Shown: positions 10,706 to 21,580 of the stretch, one piece after another
Layout: every line of letters starts with the position of its first letter
Position numbering within the stretch: the stretch's first letter is position 1
DNA from: Candidatus Bathyarchaeota archaeon
GTDB lineage: Archaea; Thermoproteota; Bathyarchaeia; Bathyarchaeales; Bathycorpusculaceae
Length of the DNA stretch: 64,000 nt
Direction: 5' to 3'
Assembly (NCBI GenBank): GCA_963715865.1
Contig: OY970280.1
Span: 160,001-224,000 of the forward strand
Notes under the pieces: generated by a model
Told to the model about the DNA's origin: nothing
The model's input: only the letters and a program-made list of their open reading frames with translations
Database searches by the model: none
Made by a program: the position numbers and the translations under genes

Positions 10706-13153
10706 ATGGACCAAAATTCTTTAACTACAGAAGAGGCAAAAAAAGCCGATATTGATGAATTACTAAAGAAGCTAGCAGCGAATCAGAAGGGTCTTTCTTC
10801 CTCAGAAGCGGAAGAACGACTTCAGCAATACGGCCCTAATGAAATTCAGGAGAAAAAAGTTAACCCGCTACTTAAGTTTCTTCGCTATTTTTGGGGTCCA
10901 ATTCCATGGATGATTGAGGCAGCAGTGATAATGTCCGCGGTCATCCAACGATGGCCTGATTTTGCAATAATCTTAACTCTACTAATGGTAAACGCCATAG
11001 TAGGGTCCTGGCAGGAACACAAAGCAGGAAACGCCATAGAACTGCTAAAGCAAAGACTAGCCCTAAAAGCGCGAGTTCTGCGAGACGGCAAATGGCAGGA
11101 AATGCCTGCTGGGGGACTTGTGCCAGGCGACATTGTTCGACTGCGTTTAGGAGACATCATTCCCGCTGACGTAAAACTAATTGACGGAGACTACCTCTTA
11201 ACTGACGAATCCGCGCTAACCGGCGAATCTCTACCTGTAGAGAAACATCTCTCCGACATAGGGTATGCAAGCTCTATCGTCAAACAAGGCGAAATGAATG
11301 CACTCGTCGTCAACACCGCCGCCAGAACCTTTTTCGGCAAAACCGCCAAACTCGTAGAGCAAGCCCAAACCCCAAGTCACTTCCAAAAAGCCATCGGCAA
11401 AATAGGCGATTACCTGATTTTCCTAGCGATAGGACTCGTAATAGTAATCGTTCTAGTATCGATTTTTCGCGGTCAAAACGTCTTAGACATCATTCAGTTT
11501 GCATTGATCTTAACTGTTGCAGGTATACCTGCAGCACTTCCCGCGGTCCTGTCAGTCACTATGGCCATAGGCGCCATAGCCCTAGCAAAAAAGGAAGCCA
11601 TAGTTAGCAAATTAGTTGCAATTGAAGAAATGGCAAGCATGGATGTGCTGTGCTCAGACAAAACTGGCACTATCACCAAAAATGCGCTCACTATGGGAGG
11701 AACCAAACCTTATGCCAAATTCTCAGAAAATGACGTACTACTGTTCAGCGCGCTCGCTTCAAGAGAAGAAGACCAAGATCCCATCGACAAAGCAATTTTA
11801 ACCAAAACCAAAAGCACACCCGCTATTGCCGCTAAAATTGAACATATCAAAGTAACCAGTTTTAAACCCTTCGATCCGGTCGTAAAAAGAACAGAGGCAA
11901 CAGTACAAGGAGAAGATGGAAGCCAGTTTAAAGTAACTAAAGGAGCCCCTCAAGCGATTCTGGTCCTTGTCGAAGACAAGAAAACAATCAACGATAAATT
12001 GACAGAAGATGTTAATGAATTCGCTAAAAAAGGGTACCGTGCGCTGGGAGTGGCTCGAACTAATAAGGAGAACAAGTGGCAATTTGCGGGTTTAATCGCT
12101 TTGTTTGATCCGCCAAGGGAAGATTCAGCCCAAACAATAAAGACCGCTCAATCGATGGGTGTCAGCGTGAAAATGGTCACCGGTGACCACATAGCTATTG
12201 CCAAAGAAATTTCGAGCCAGGTAAACCTTGGAAACGATATTGTATTGCCCGCTGCTTTTTTGGATAGGCCTGACAGTCAGGCTCAACGCGTGGTTGAAGA
12301 GGCTGAAGGTTTTGCGGAAGTCTTCCCTGAGCATAAGTACCGCATTGTTGAGCTTCTCCAAGAAAAAGGGCATGTTGTGGGAATGACGGGAGATGGGGTT
12401 AATGATGCGCCTGCTTTGAAGAAAGCTAACGCTGGTATTGCTGTTGAGGGTGCGACCGACGCTGCAAAGTCTGCAGCGGATTTAGTTCTGACCAAGCCTG
12501 GTCTTTCTGTTATTATCGATGCGATTAAGGAGAGTCGCAAGATTTTCCAGCGAATGACGAATTACTGCACGTACCGCATCGCTGAAACAATAAGGGTGCT
12601 GCTTTTCATGACTGCATCAATCGTCATTTTCCAGTTTTACCCTGTTACTGCTTTGATGCTTGTTTTGTTGGCGCTTCTAAATGACCTGCCGATTATGACT
12701 ATAGCATATGACAACGTGAAATACTCGGATAAACCTGAGAAATGGGACATGCGGACTTTGTTGGGAATAGCGACGTTTCTTGGGGTAATCGGGGTTTTCT
12801 CGTCCTTTGGAATTCTCTATATAGGACTGAATGTGTTGAAGTTAAACCCGCTAGTGCTCCAATCTTTCATATACCTCAAACTTTCAGTCGCAGGGCACTT
12901 GACTGTGTTTGTCGCAAGGACTAAAGGTCACTTTTGGTCAGTAAAACCTGCAAAGCCTCTTCTCTTTGCAGTCATAGCTACTCAACTTACCGCTACAATA
13001 ATTACTGTATACGGCATTCTGCTTCCCGCAATGGGCTGGGGACTAGCCGCTCTCGTGTGGGGTTATGCTCTGTCACTTTTCGTAATAACAGACTTTGCAA
13101 AAGTGCGCCTATACAAACTACTAAACCACACAGGTATTGTATTCCATAGGTGA
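10706..13153 (+). CDS. Plasma-membrane-type H+-exporting P-type ATPase (P3A, Pma1-like)
   Basis: FWGPIPWMIE, DESALTGES, CSDKTGT, DPPR, MTGDGVNDAPALK, LALLNDLPIMTIAYD. Confidence 0.93.
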   Translation: MDQNSLTTEEAKKADIDELLKKLAANQKGLSSSEAEERLQQYGPNEIQEKKVNPLLKFLRYFWGPIPWMIEAAVIMSAVIQRWPDFAIILTLLMVNAIVGSWQEHKAGNAIELLKQRLALKARVLRDGKWQEMPAGGLVPGDIVRLRLGDIIPADVKLIDGDYLLTDESALTGESLPVEKHLSDIGYASSIVKQGEMNALVVNTAARTFFGKTAKLVEQAQTPSHFQKAIGKIGDYLIFLAIGLVIVIVLVSIFRGQNVLDIIQFALILTVAGIPAALPAVLSVTMAIGAIALAKKEAIVSKLVAIEEMASMDVLCSDKTGTITKNALTMGGTKPYAKFSENDVLLFSALASREEDQDPIDKAILTKTKSTPAIAAKIEHIKVTSFKPFDPVVKRTEATVQGEDGSQFKVTKGAPQAILVLVEDKKTINDKLTEDVNEFAKKGYRALGVARTNKENKWQFAGLIALFDPPREDSAQTIKTAQSMGVSVKMVTGDHIAIAKEISSQVNLGNDIVLPAAFLDRPDSQAQRVVEEAEGFAEVFPEHKYRIVELLQEKGHVVGMTGDGVNDAPALKKANAGIAVEGATDAAKSAADLVLTKPGLSVIIDAIKESRKIFQRMTNYCTYRIAETIRVLLFMTASIVIFQFYPVTALMLVLLALLNDLPIMTIAYDNVKYSDKPEKWDMRTLLGIATFLGVIGVFSSFGILYIGLNVLKLNPLVLQSFIYLKLSVAGHLTVFVARTKGHFWSVKPAKPLLFAVIATQLTATIITVYGILLPAMGWGLAALVWGYALSLFVITDFAKVRLYKLLNHTGIVFHR

Positions 13154-13237
13154 TGCGGCTCATTCCAGGCAGGCAGTCCAATAGCTTGCGTTAAAAATAA
13201 GGTGGAAAATTAAGGATCATGTGGTTCCGATGCTCTC

Positions 13238-13345
13238 AGCGCGCTGCCTTGTCCCGATATCATGTGTTGAAGTAGGTTGGTGAGACTGCTTTGTCTCTTC
13301 TTCCAATGTTCTATGCGCGCATAGTTGTTCCAAACCACGGCACGA
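13238..13345 (-). mobile_element. 3' end remnant of the IS family seen at 63400..63910
   Basis: Minus strand reads NIGRRDKAVSPTYFNT* then gggacaaggcagcgcgct; compare ENLERPDKTVSPTYFNT* then gggacaagccagcgcgct at 63835..63908. Confidence 0.8.
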
Positions 13346-13436
13346 AACATTTACCTCTTTTTCTGAGAGCCACTATTGAATTCTTCGATTCAAACCTGAG
13401 AGATAGCGTTTGCTGGGCCATCAATGCGGAATTGGA

Positions 13437-14766
13437 CTAACATTTGCCGTTAACGCTGTTTATCAGTTTGGTCATTTCCCTCTTGAGTTCGTCGAGTCTT
13501 TTCTGATCTCTTGCTTCTATCGATAAACGAAGCATTGGGGACGTGTTTGATGCTCTAACAAGTGCCCATGAATCTGGAAAAATGATTTTAACGCCGTCGA
13601 TGGTATTTGTGTTTTCGTATGTCTCTATTGCTTTTTCCTTTATCCTGTTTATAACCTGAAACTTCGTTTCATCAGAGCACTCAATCTCGAATCTTTTAAA
13701 AAGTCTTGTCGGCAATTTTTTTACAACTTTTGACAATTTCTGTCCTAACCTTGAGACTATTTCGGTCATGTATATGCTGTTTATGATTGCATCGTCGAAC
13801 CAGAAGAATTTTGGAACGCATATGTGCCCAGATTTTTCAACACCTAAGACCGCATTGTGTTTCTTGGTCTCCTGCACCAAAAACGTGTGCCCAACCGGTA
13901 TCCGAAACACCTTTTCCCCATATCTCTTAACCTCATCCTCTATGATATCTGAACATTCTATGTTAGCGACGACAGGGCCCCTCTGAGTTTTCATTATATC
14001 CCTAAGGAAAATGATTGCACTTTGCTCGGTCATGATGACTTTGCCTGTGTCATCAACGAAAATGGCTCTGTCACCATCGCCGTCAAACGCTATTCCGAGA
14101 TCTGCTTTCTCTGTCACAACCTTCTTGCAGAGAGCGGTCAAGGCTTCCGGTTTAGGTTCAGGGTCTCTGTTCGAGAACGTTGGGTCGGGCCAATCAAAAA
14201 GGAAAGCGGCTTTGACACCGATTTTCTCGAGTATCTTCGGAACCAGTAGGCATGCGGCTCCGTTTCCGAAGTCAACGACCACGCTTATTCTCTCTGGTTT
14301 TATTCTTTCAGCCACGAAATTAGCGTATTCTGTGTCCATTCCCTCAAGCTTCTTTGATGATCCGATGCCTGTTTTGAAATTTCCTGAGGAGCTGATCTCC
14401 CCCAGTTTTTTGTTCTCGTCTTCAAAGAAGCCGACTCCGTCTTGATGGAAGAATTTGACGCCGTTCCACTCCGCTGGCAGATGAGAAGCGGTTACGTAGG
14501 CAGTTGCATCGTTTCTCATTTTCCAGGTTGTAAAGACGCAGAGACTAGGCAGGACAGGTTCCGACGAGAATGGCGTTTGACCCTGTCTTTTTCAATCCTG
14601 AAACGAATGCTTCCTCAAGTTGGGTTCCATGCTCTCTGAAGTCTCTTCCAATTGTGAATGTGCCGGGGCAACAAGTTCCGGCTGCTTCACCGATTCTCGT
14701 CATAATCTCTTCGTTTAAGTCTTTACCATAAACGCCTCGTATGTCGTAAGCTCTAAAGATGCTCAT
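13437..14766 (-). pseudogene. Phosphoglucomutase/phosphomannomutase, frameshifted near 14550
   Basis: FRAYDIRG...GTCPA* (14545..14766) continues in another frame as PSLCVFTTWKMRNDATAYVTASHLP, with FDGDGDR and GVEKSGH. Confidence 0.85.
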
Positions 14767-15054
14767 CTTCTATCACAACGCTTCTATTTGTACAAATATG
14801 ACCCTCTCTATTAAAGACCCTTTACTCATTAGTTATGCTTTCACGCACGTTTCCTGGACAAATCTTTCAGAAGCAACGAAAAGAAACTTGGCACACGTAT
14901 CTGAAGGATAAACTAAAATACCTAATCACTTAATTTCTAGTTAGTCCAGACCTCACAGGATAGATGTGCGCGCACCTGTTCAATTGGGCTACAGCCTTCG
15001 TCATTTTGATGCTTGGACGAGTATAGGACGAATGATTGAAATGGAAAAATGCGA

Positions 15055-15310
15055 AACTATCATTCAGAAAGTTGTGGTTTTGGTGCATCAAGGACGGAAG
15101 GGTGATTCAGATTTTATACCCTAAAACAGCATGCTGAAATCCTTGCTAAGGTTCTGGGCAAACCAGTCAAATACGTGGTTGACCTTTTCGAAGAAAAAGC
15201 AAAAGATACAATCAAAGAATTGAAGAGCGGAGAAGCCCTCGTTTTAGAAAATGTTAGAGCGCATGATGCTGAAACTGAAGAAGGAACGCCTGAAGAACAA
15301 ACAAAAAAAG
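15055..15310 (+). pseudogene. pgk: Phosphoglycerate kinase (archaeal type), N-terminal fragment
   Basis: KVVVLVHQGRKGDSDFIP, 1-nt frameshift at ~15120, then KQHAEILAKVLGKPVKYV...LENVR. Confidence 0.85.
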
Positions 15311-15348
15311 AACCCGTGGGTAATAGCGTCGCGCTAAAAACCTAGCCA

Positions 15349-15780
15349 TCACAATGTAATATTGGGGGGGTAGCGGCCCATGGCTTCCAGTATTTCTTCG
15401 GAGATTGTCTTTTTTCCAAGATTTCGCACAAAATCGGCAGCAACGACTATCCCCACTAATCTGTTCTGCTTCAATACAGGAAGTCTTCTAATTTTATTGC
15501 TTGACATTAGCCTAGCTGCCTCCTTAAGCGAAGCATCAGGACCAACTGTAATAAGAGACTTAGACATTACCTCCGAGATCTTGGTGTCCAGCGGCATTTT
15601 CTTCGCCACAACCCTTCGGACAATATCTCTTTCAGTAACTATTCCAATGGGCACTTCACCATCCATGATCACCAAGCAAGCCACTCGGTTAGAGCTCATA
15701 AGCTCTGCCGCTTCAAAAACGCTATTATAAACACAGATTGAAACGACATTTTTTGTCATGATGTCTTTGACTGTCGGCAT
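15349..15780 (-). CDS. Stand-alone CBS-pair protein lying between the two pgk fragments
   Basis: VKDIMTK, GIVTERD, IRRLPV; close paralog of 6723..7148. Confidence 0.92.
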   Translation of the reverse strand: MPTVKDIMTKNVVSICVYNSVFEAAELMSSNRVACLVIMDGEVPIGIVTERDIVRRVVAKKMPLDTKISEVMSKSLITVGPDASLKEAARLMSSNKIRRLPVLKQNRLVGIVVAADFVRNLGKKTISEEILEAMGRYPPNITL

Positions 15781-15849
15781 AATCTCTCCTAAGAAAAACG
15801 CGCCTAAATAAGAATTTCGGAGTCAAATTTATAACTTCAGGTAAATGAA

Positions 15850-16279
15850 TGGACAAGGAATCGCTGCACCCAGATTTAGAAAGAGAACTTAAACGTAGAA
15901 GTCAATGGAAAGAGAAAATAGAATTCCGTTCATGAACTTCCAGCAGATTTTCCTATATTTGATATTGGAACAGAAGCGGTTGAGGATTATGCCCAGATAA
16001 TAGGGATCGCGGAGTCAATTGCCGTGAGCGAGGTCAATGGGAGTTTTTGAAAACAGCGAATTCATCTTCGGAACGAAAAGAATTTTTGAAGAAATCGCGA
16101 ATTTGAAAGCCTTTTCCCTAGCCAGAGATGACCACACAACAGCAGCATGGCATTAGCTTAAGCTAGCAGACAAGATTTCCTACGTCAGCACTGGTGGCGG
16201 TGCGTTAACGGAGTTCATGATGGGCAAACAGTTACCTAGTGTTACAGCATTAGAGAAGGCAACTGCCAGAGAAACCTAG
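15850..16279 (+). pseudogene. pgk: Phosphoglycerate kinase C-terminal fragment with frameshifts and a stop
   Basis: [46 protein letters not shown] at 16277..16279. Confidence 0.85.
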
Positions 16280-16339
16280 CAATACCATTGTTCACTTTTT
16301 TCTCTGGTTACTCAAATGGAATTGTTTCAAAGTTTTCTC

Positions 16340-17248
16340 CTAATCCGGGAACTCCCTCATCAAGATCTTGATCTGGTCAGCTATTTCTAAAGCTTTTTTG
16401 AGGGGTCGTTGCCAAAGATTTCTTCCAAATACCATGCCCGTTGCTCCGGCTTCTAAAGAGATTCTGACCTTTTCTAAGAGTTCGTCGTCTCCCATTTCTT
16501 CTCCCCCAGATATTAGCGTCATCGTTTTTCCTGCGGACTTTATTACTTTTTCAAGGGCTTCCATTTCGTTAAGTTGGAGCGTGTCGTACGGTTTAGGATA
16601 CTGTCGGATTCTCTGTTTGTCGTATTTGGGAATGTTTATTTTAACCATGTCAGCGCCCAGTTCGTTGGCTACTCGTGCTGCATAGTCAACAGCGTAAAGG
16701 CTATCTTTACCTCCCTTGGCTTCTATCGCCTCGCCCCTTGGATAGGCCCAAACAATAAGGGGCACACCAAACCTTTGGCTATCCTCTCTAATTTTGGCGA
16801 ATTGAATGAAATCTTTATCTTGAGCCGGCGAGCCCACAAACAAAGTATATCCAACGGCGTCAGCGCCCAGTCGGACTGCATCCTCTACTGAGGCGGTTTG
16901 AGGTGAAAAGGCATTAGTATCTGGAGGGATTGATGTTTTTCCATTCAGTTTAAGAATCAAGGGAATTTCGCCAGTGAATTCCTCCATGTATTTTTCAGCC
17001 AGGCCAATGTGAAGGACTATGGCTGAAAAACCTCCTTCTTTTGCCAATCTCAACTGGTAGGCAGGATCAACGCTTTCTGGATTTGCAAAGAAATCTCTCG
17101 GGCCATGCTCCAATCCATGATCAATTGGCAGAATAAGCGCCATTCCGTTACCCACTCCATGCTCATACAAGATTCGATGAAGCCGGGTTCTCTTACCCAA
17201 ACTAAGGTTCAAATCTTTAAGCAAGGGCCTTTTAACTTGAATCACCAT
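16340..17248 (-). CDS. fba: Class I (DhnA/archaeal-type) fructose-bisphosphate aldolase
   Basis: LPIDHGLEHGP, LKLNGKT, AVRLGADAVGYT, WAYPRG, ELGADMVK, FGRNLWQ. Confidence 0.92.
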   Translation of the reverse strand: MVIQVKRPLLKDLNLSLGKRTRLHRILYEHGVGNGMALILPIDHGLEHGPRDFFANPESVDPAYQLRLAKEGGFSAIVLHIGLAEKYMEEFTGEIPLILKLNGKTSIPPDTNAFSPQTASVEDAVRLGADAVGYTLFVGSPAQDKDFIQFAKIREDSQRFGVPLIVWAYPRGEAIEAKGGKDSLYAVDYAARVANELGADMVKINIPKYDKQRIRQYPKPYDTLQLNEMEALEKVIKSAGKTMTLISGGEEMGDDELLEKVRISLEAGATGMVFGRNLWQRPLKKALEIADQIKILMREFPD

Positions 17249-17404
17249 CTCTACCGACTATATTGTACGCGTCTTTGTGCTATAAATCTGACCCTTTAGT
17301 TCTAAAAAATCGCCTGTATATTGAGATTGAATACAATAGTGTGGATGCTCCAATGTGGTTCATATAGGCAACGAAGTCATACTGGGTGGTCTAAAAAGCC
17401 CGTT

Positions 17405-18367
17405 CTATGTCGCTAATATTTTTGCCAGGTCTAGGATGCTCAAATCTATAGGTTTTTCTGTCTTGCAGGATTCCTCGAGTGCCATGCTCGTTATTTTGCC
17501 ATTCCGCAATACAACCGCCCTGCTTTTTTGTCGTTCACATATTAGTTCAACCGCTTTGTCCGCGAATAGGCAAGCCAGAAGCCTGCTTCTCGCCGATGGG
17601 CTTCCGCCTCTCTGGGTGTAGCCTATAACGCTAAGCCTAACTTCCGCATCCGTGGCTTTCTCGATTTCAGTCGCAAGTTGACGGGTGTCTCCGATTCCTT
17701 CAGCCGCGACAATAATGGCTGACTTTTTTCCTCTTTCTTTAGTTTCTATAATTGTTTTGAAAATTCTTTCATTCTCGTATTTTACCTCTGGAATCAGAAT
17801 CATTTCTGCTCCAACTGTGACTCCCACAGCTAGCGCAAGGAATCCTCTTGTTCGTCCCATGACTTCAACTATGAAGATTCTTTCGAGGGAGACAGCTGTA
17901 TCTCGGATCTTGTCGATTTCGTTTACTGCCGTATTTACTGCGGTGTCAAATCCTATAGTTTCGTCCGTTCCGAAAACGTCGTTGTCGATTGACGCTGGAA
18001 CCCCTATGATTAATGTATCGGTTTTTTTGCGAAGTTCTAGAGCTCCTTGGAAGGAGCCGTTACCACCAATAACAATAAGGCCATCGACATTGTTTAATGC
18101 AAGAGTTTCGGCAGCTTTCTTGATTGCTTCATCCTTTTTGAATTCTGGGCATCTTGACGTATGAAGGATGGTTCCGCCCAAGTGTAATATTCCACCAACG
18201 GAGCGGGGAGTCAACCGTCTAAACGAGTCTGTTAGTAAGCCTTCCCAACCCCTTTCAAAGCCTAAAACTTCGAAGTTTTTTGAGTAGGCAATTCGGACAA
18301 CGCCTCGAATAGCTGCGTTCATGCCTGGCGCGTCTCCGCCACTTGTAACAACGCCTATAATCTTCAA
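17405..18367 (-). CDS. pfkA: Bacterial-type PfkA 6-phosphofructokinase, predicted ATP-dependent
   Basis: TSGGDAPGMNAAIR, GGTILHTSR, GGNGS, PASIDND, EVMGR, QRGG. Confidence 0.95.
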   Translation of the reverse strand: MKIIGVVTSGGDAPGMNAAIRGVVRIAYSKNFEVLGFERGWEGLLTDSFRRLTPRSVGGILHLGGTILHTSRCPEFKKDEAIKKAAETLALNNVDGLIVIGGNGSFQGALELRKKTDTLIIGVPASIDNDVFGTDETIGFDTAVNTAVNEIDKIRDTAVSLERIFIVEVMGRTRGFLALAVGVTVGAEMILIPEVKYENERIFKTIIETKERGKKSAIIVAAEGIGDTRQLATEIEKATDAEVRLSVIGYTQRGGSPSARSRLLACLFADKAVELICERQKSRAVVLRNGKITSMALEESCKTEKPIDLSILDLAKILAT

Positions 18368-18488
18368 CCATCATTCCCTCAATTCTACAAAACGCATAGA
18401 AATGTTTTAGCTTTTCTCTTCACCTTTTGAAAAGACGTACTACCTTCGCATGAACTACATGCCTTTCTGCATCATGCTGAACCTCGTT

Positions 18489-19853
18489 TCAGGAATTCCA
18501 TTTTGTATAGGCGAAGTAGACAGGCCAAGCTTGCTTGACAAGATCCTCATCAAAAATTCTGTCTCCGCGAACGCCAACCTTCGCAGGAGACGGGCTTTTG
18601 TGTTTAATTCCCCCTGCAAGAAGTGATTTATAAATATCTAGTGTTTGTTCTGCAACCTTTCTCCAAGTAAAATATTCTAACACTCGTTTGCGACCGTTTT
18701 CGCCCCACATTTTTGCTCTCTGTGGATCCTTAAGCACTTCTTTTATTCCCCAAGCTATGTCGACAGGATCTTCACCATTAACGTGAACTCCATTTTGATC
18801 CGGGCCTGAGGAAATGACTTGCTCACGAAAACCAACTACTCCATGGGCACCAACAACGATTGGCTTTGCCATTGACATAGCCTCTAGGCTAACTATGCCG
18901 AACGGTTCGTAGACTGATGGAAAAATGCCGATGTCAGCAGCGGCATAATGCAGTATCCTTTCGTCTTCGGGTACAAACTCAAAACGACAAGTAACGTTCT
19001 CCTTAATTCCAAGCCGGGTTGCCATCTCGATTATGTCTCTCTGCTCTTCGCCCTTGCCTAAGATGACAAGTTTCGTTTTCGGGTAATCCTTTAGAACCAT
19101 CGAGATAGCTTGCACGAGGGTTCTGACGCTCTTGACCCAGGTGAGTCTGCCAACAAATAAGAGTAGATTCCAGTCTCTGGGAACACCATATCTTTCTCTT
19201 ATTCCATCAACTGCGTCTTTTTTGCAATTTTGTGGATTATACCGTTCTGGGTCTACACCGTTCCAGACGACGCTTATTTTTGATTCGGTCCATCCGTGGC
19301 GAACAAGATCATCTCTCATTGCATTGCTCACTGTGATTATTCGGTCTGCCAATTGCGCTGTGGCTCGCTCAAGATGGGAAACCACTTCAGAGCCCCCTCC
19401 TCCGCTTCTGCCCCACTCAGTGCTGTGAACATGAAAAACTACGGGGATTTTTGTTTCGTTCTTGGTTATGATGCCTGCGATACTGCTTAGCCAATCATGA
19501 ACACAGACAATGTCGAACTTGTGCCCTTCTTTCCTGATCAAATCGTTGATGAACTTCGTTGCGCTTAAGATGTTGTAAATGAAAATGTCGCTAAAGAACC
19601 GGATGTTTGTTCCCCACTTTAGCAAATCGTTGGTAACGAACATTGGAAATACGTTGCTTGCATCAGCAATCATTGGACGATGAACTTCCACTCCTTTCAA
19701 AGTCTCTGATGTTCGGAGATTTCCCGGGTTAAGAGTGAAAACGGAGACATCGTGGCCTAACTCAACAAACTGGCGAGTTATGTATTCCGCATATGTGCCC
19801 AAACCACCCACGAGCTGGGGTGGATACTCCAATACAAAAAAGCCGATCCTCAA
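18489..19853 (-). CDS. GT4 glycosyltransferase (glycogen synthase-like)
   Basis: EYPPQLVGGLG, HDW, HSTEWGRSGG, FVGRL, YEPFGIVSLEAM. Confidence 0.9.
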   Translation of the reverse strand: MRIGFFVLEYPPQLVGGLGTYAEYITRQFVELGHDVSVFTLNPGNLRTSETLKGVEVHRPMIADASNVFPMFVTNDLLKWGTNIRFFSDIFIYNILSATKFINDLIRKEGHKFDIVCVHDWLSSIAGIITKNETKIPVVFHVHSTEWGRSGGGGSEVVSHLERATAQLADRIITVSNAMRDDLVRHGWTESKISVVWNGVDPERYNPQNCKKDAVDGIRERYGVPRDWNLLLFVGRLTWVKSVRTLVQAISMVLKDYPKTKLVILGKGEEQRDIIEMATRLGIKENVTCRFEFVPEDERILHYAAADIGIFPSVYEPFGIVSLEAMSMAKPIVVGAHGVVGFREQVISSGPDQNGVHVNGEDPVDIAWGIKEVLKDPQRAKMWGENGRKRVLEYFTWRKVAEQTLDIYKSLLAGGIKHKSPSPAKVGVRGDRIFDEDLVKQAWPVYFAYTKWNS

Positions 19854-20095
19854 CCAACTTCACCTCTCAAATCTGTTATATCTAACACGAAGACAGATTT
19901 TACTCTTGCTTCAGCAGCGTATACCAATGTTAACGTGAAAGCATAATCAATCTTCTCCACTCTGAGTTGGTCTGCAACCTCGCGTGCCTGTGAAAGCCCT
20001 TTTAAAGTAAGGTCTGGGTTGCACCATCCCGACAATATTCCACAGCTATTATCAGTTGATTCGGCATGCCTGAACACAAACAGCTTACAAATCAT
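19850..20095 (-). pseudogene. Truncated paralog of gpmA (about the first 54 codons)
   Basis: MICKLFVFRHAESTDN...KIDYAFT matches 4321..5010, then diverges. Confidence 0.85.
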
Positions 20096-20147
20096 CGTGT
20101 TTCCTTCCTAACAATCTGTAGAGGATGAGCTCGCATGTCGCGTTGGG

Positions 20148-21161
20148 TTAAACAACGTTCTGTGGGTTTCCCGAAATGAAAGCAGCTATGTTTTGCACAG
20201 TTGTTTCGAGTATTCTTTCAAGCGCCTCTTGGCTGTAAAAAGCTATGTGCGGCGTGAAAACAACGTTATCTTTATCCAGGAGAACGTGTTCCCTAACAAA
20301 ACTGGTCAAGACCTCAAGGTTTTTCGGCTCATGCAGTAGCTGTTTTTCCTCTTTGATGAGTTCCTCCCCCTCCACGACGTCGAGTCCTGCGCCGGCCAGT
20401 ATCTTCTTGTCGAGAGCCTCGATCAACGCTTCAGTGTCCACGATGCTTCCCCTTGAAGTGTTTATCAGAATGGCGCCTTTCTTTACAAGCTTGAATGTAT
20501 CTTTGTTCATAAGATGATGCGTGGCTTTAATGTAGGGCACATGCAGCGTAATTACGTCTGATCTAGCTAAAAGGTCCTCCAGCGAAACATATTCAAACCC
20601 CAAGACCTCAGACAGGAGTCTGTTTTGACGAATGTCATAGGCTACAACGTTCATGCCAAAACCTTTTGCAATCCTGATGACGTGCAAGCCGATTTGACCA
20701 GTTCCGATGACGCCTATGGTTTTTCCTTTCAAGTCGAACCCCTTTAATCCCTCTATTGAGAAGTCATGTTCAAAGCGTCTAATGCAGGCCTTACAGATGT
20801 TTCTTGACAAGGACAAAATCAAAGCAAAAGTGTGCTCGGCAACAGTGTTCTCCCCGTAGGAAGGAACGTTGCAGACGGTGAGCCCCCTTTTTTTGCATGC
20901 TTCTATGTCAATATGGTCAAATCCAGCAGATCTTGTAACTACCAATTTTAGTCCGGGAATTTCCTGAATGGTTTGTCCATCAACCTTGGAATAAACGAAA
21001 ACTGAAACCGCATCAAAATCCTTGATTTGTTGAGCATTTTCTGAGTTGAGTGCTTCTTTTGAGAATTTTAAGAAGTAACCTTTCAGCTTATTTTCTAAAT
21101 ACTTTTCTTCCCAGTCGTCAACCTCGAAAAACGCTATTCTCATTGTTCCATCACCTAACAT
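20148..21161 (-). CDS. D-2-hydroxyacid dehydrogenase, D-lactate dehydrogenase-like
   Basis: RSAGFDHID, NVPSYG, VAEH, GVIGTGQIG, ITLHVP, INTSRG, TPHIAFYS. Confidence 0.9.
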   Translation of the reverse strand: MLGDGTMRIAFFEVDDWEEKYLENKLKGYFLKFSKEALNSENAQQIKDFDAVSVFVYSKVDGQTIQEIPGLKLVVTRSAGFDHIDIEACKKRGLTVCNVPSYGENTVAEHTFALILSLSRNICKACIRRFEHDFSIEGLKGFDLKGKTIGVIGTGQIGLHVIRIAKGFGMNVVAYDIRQNRLLSEVLGFEYVSLEDLLARSDVITLHVPYIKATHHLMNKDTFKLVKKGAILINTSRGSIVDTEALIEALDKKILAGAGLDVVEGEELIKEEKQLLHEPKNLEVLTSFVREHVLLDKDNVVFTPHIAFYSQEALERILETTVQNIAAFISGNPQNVV

Positions 21162-21245
21162 GGATTATCCTTTGAAGGTATTATAGCATAATGACTTTAA
21201 AGATATCATTGCGCAGACGCGAGATATGAACCCATTTTCAATTTG

Positions 21246-21533
21246 TCAGGAAGAAATCTGCTGTGTAGATTTCGTTAATTCAGTGATGCGATTTTGAACT
21301 GTTTTGAAAAGCTCTTTCCTCAAGTTTTCATCTTGTGACCCTGCTTTAATCTGGTCAATTCTCTTGGCTAGTTCTTCATCGCCAACAGTCTCTTTGAGCC
21401 ATTTTTGAAAATCTTGACGCTGAAAATGAAACGTTACGGATTGAATGGGTATTATTTGGAGTTTTTCGGCGAACTCAACAGTGCTACTTGCAGTTATTCC
21501 AGTGTATTTTCCGTGTTCTGTGAAAAAATCCAA
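21246..21533 (-). CDS. DUF5752-like protein, 5'-shortened relative to 42896..43255
   Basis: FFTEHGKYTG, SVTFHFQRQDFQKWL, GDEELA. Confidence 0.7.
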   Translation of the reverse strand: MDFFTEHGKYTGITASSTVEFAEKLQIIPIQSVTFHFQRQDFQKWLKETVGDEELAKRIDQIKAGSQDENLRKELFKTVQNRITELTKSTQQISS

Positions 21534-21580
21534 CCTAGCGATGTTTCCTTATATTTTCGATCAGCAACTCAGATGAGGTT

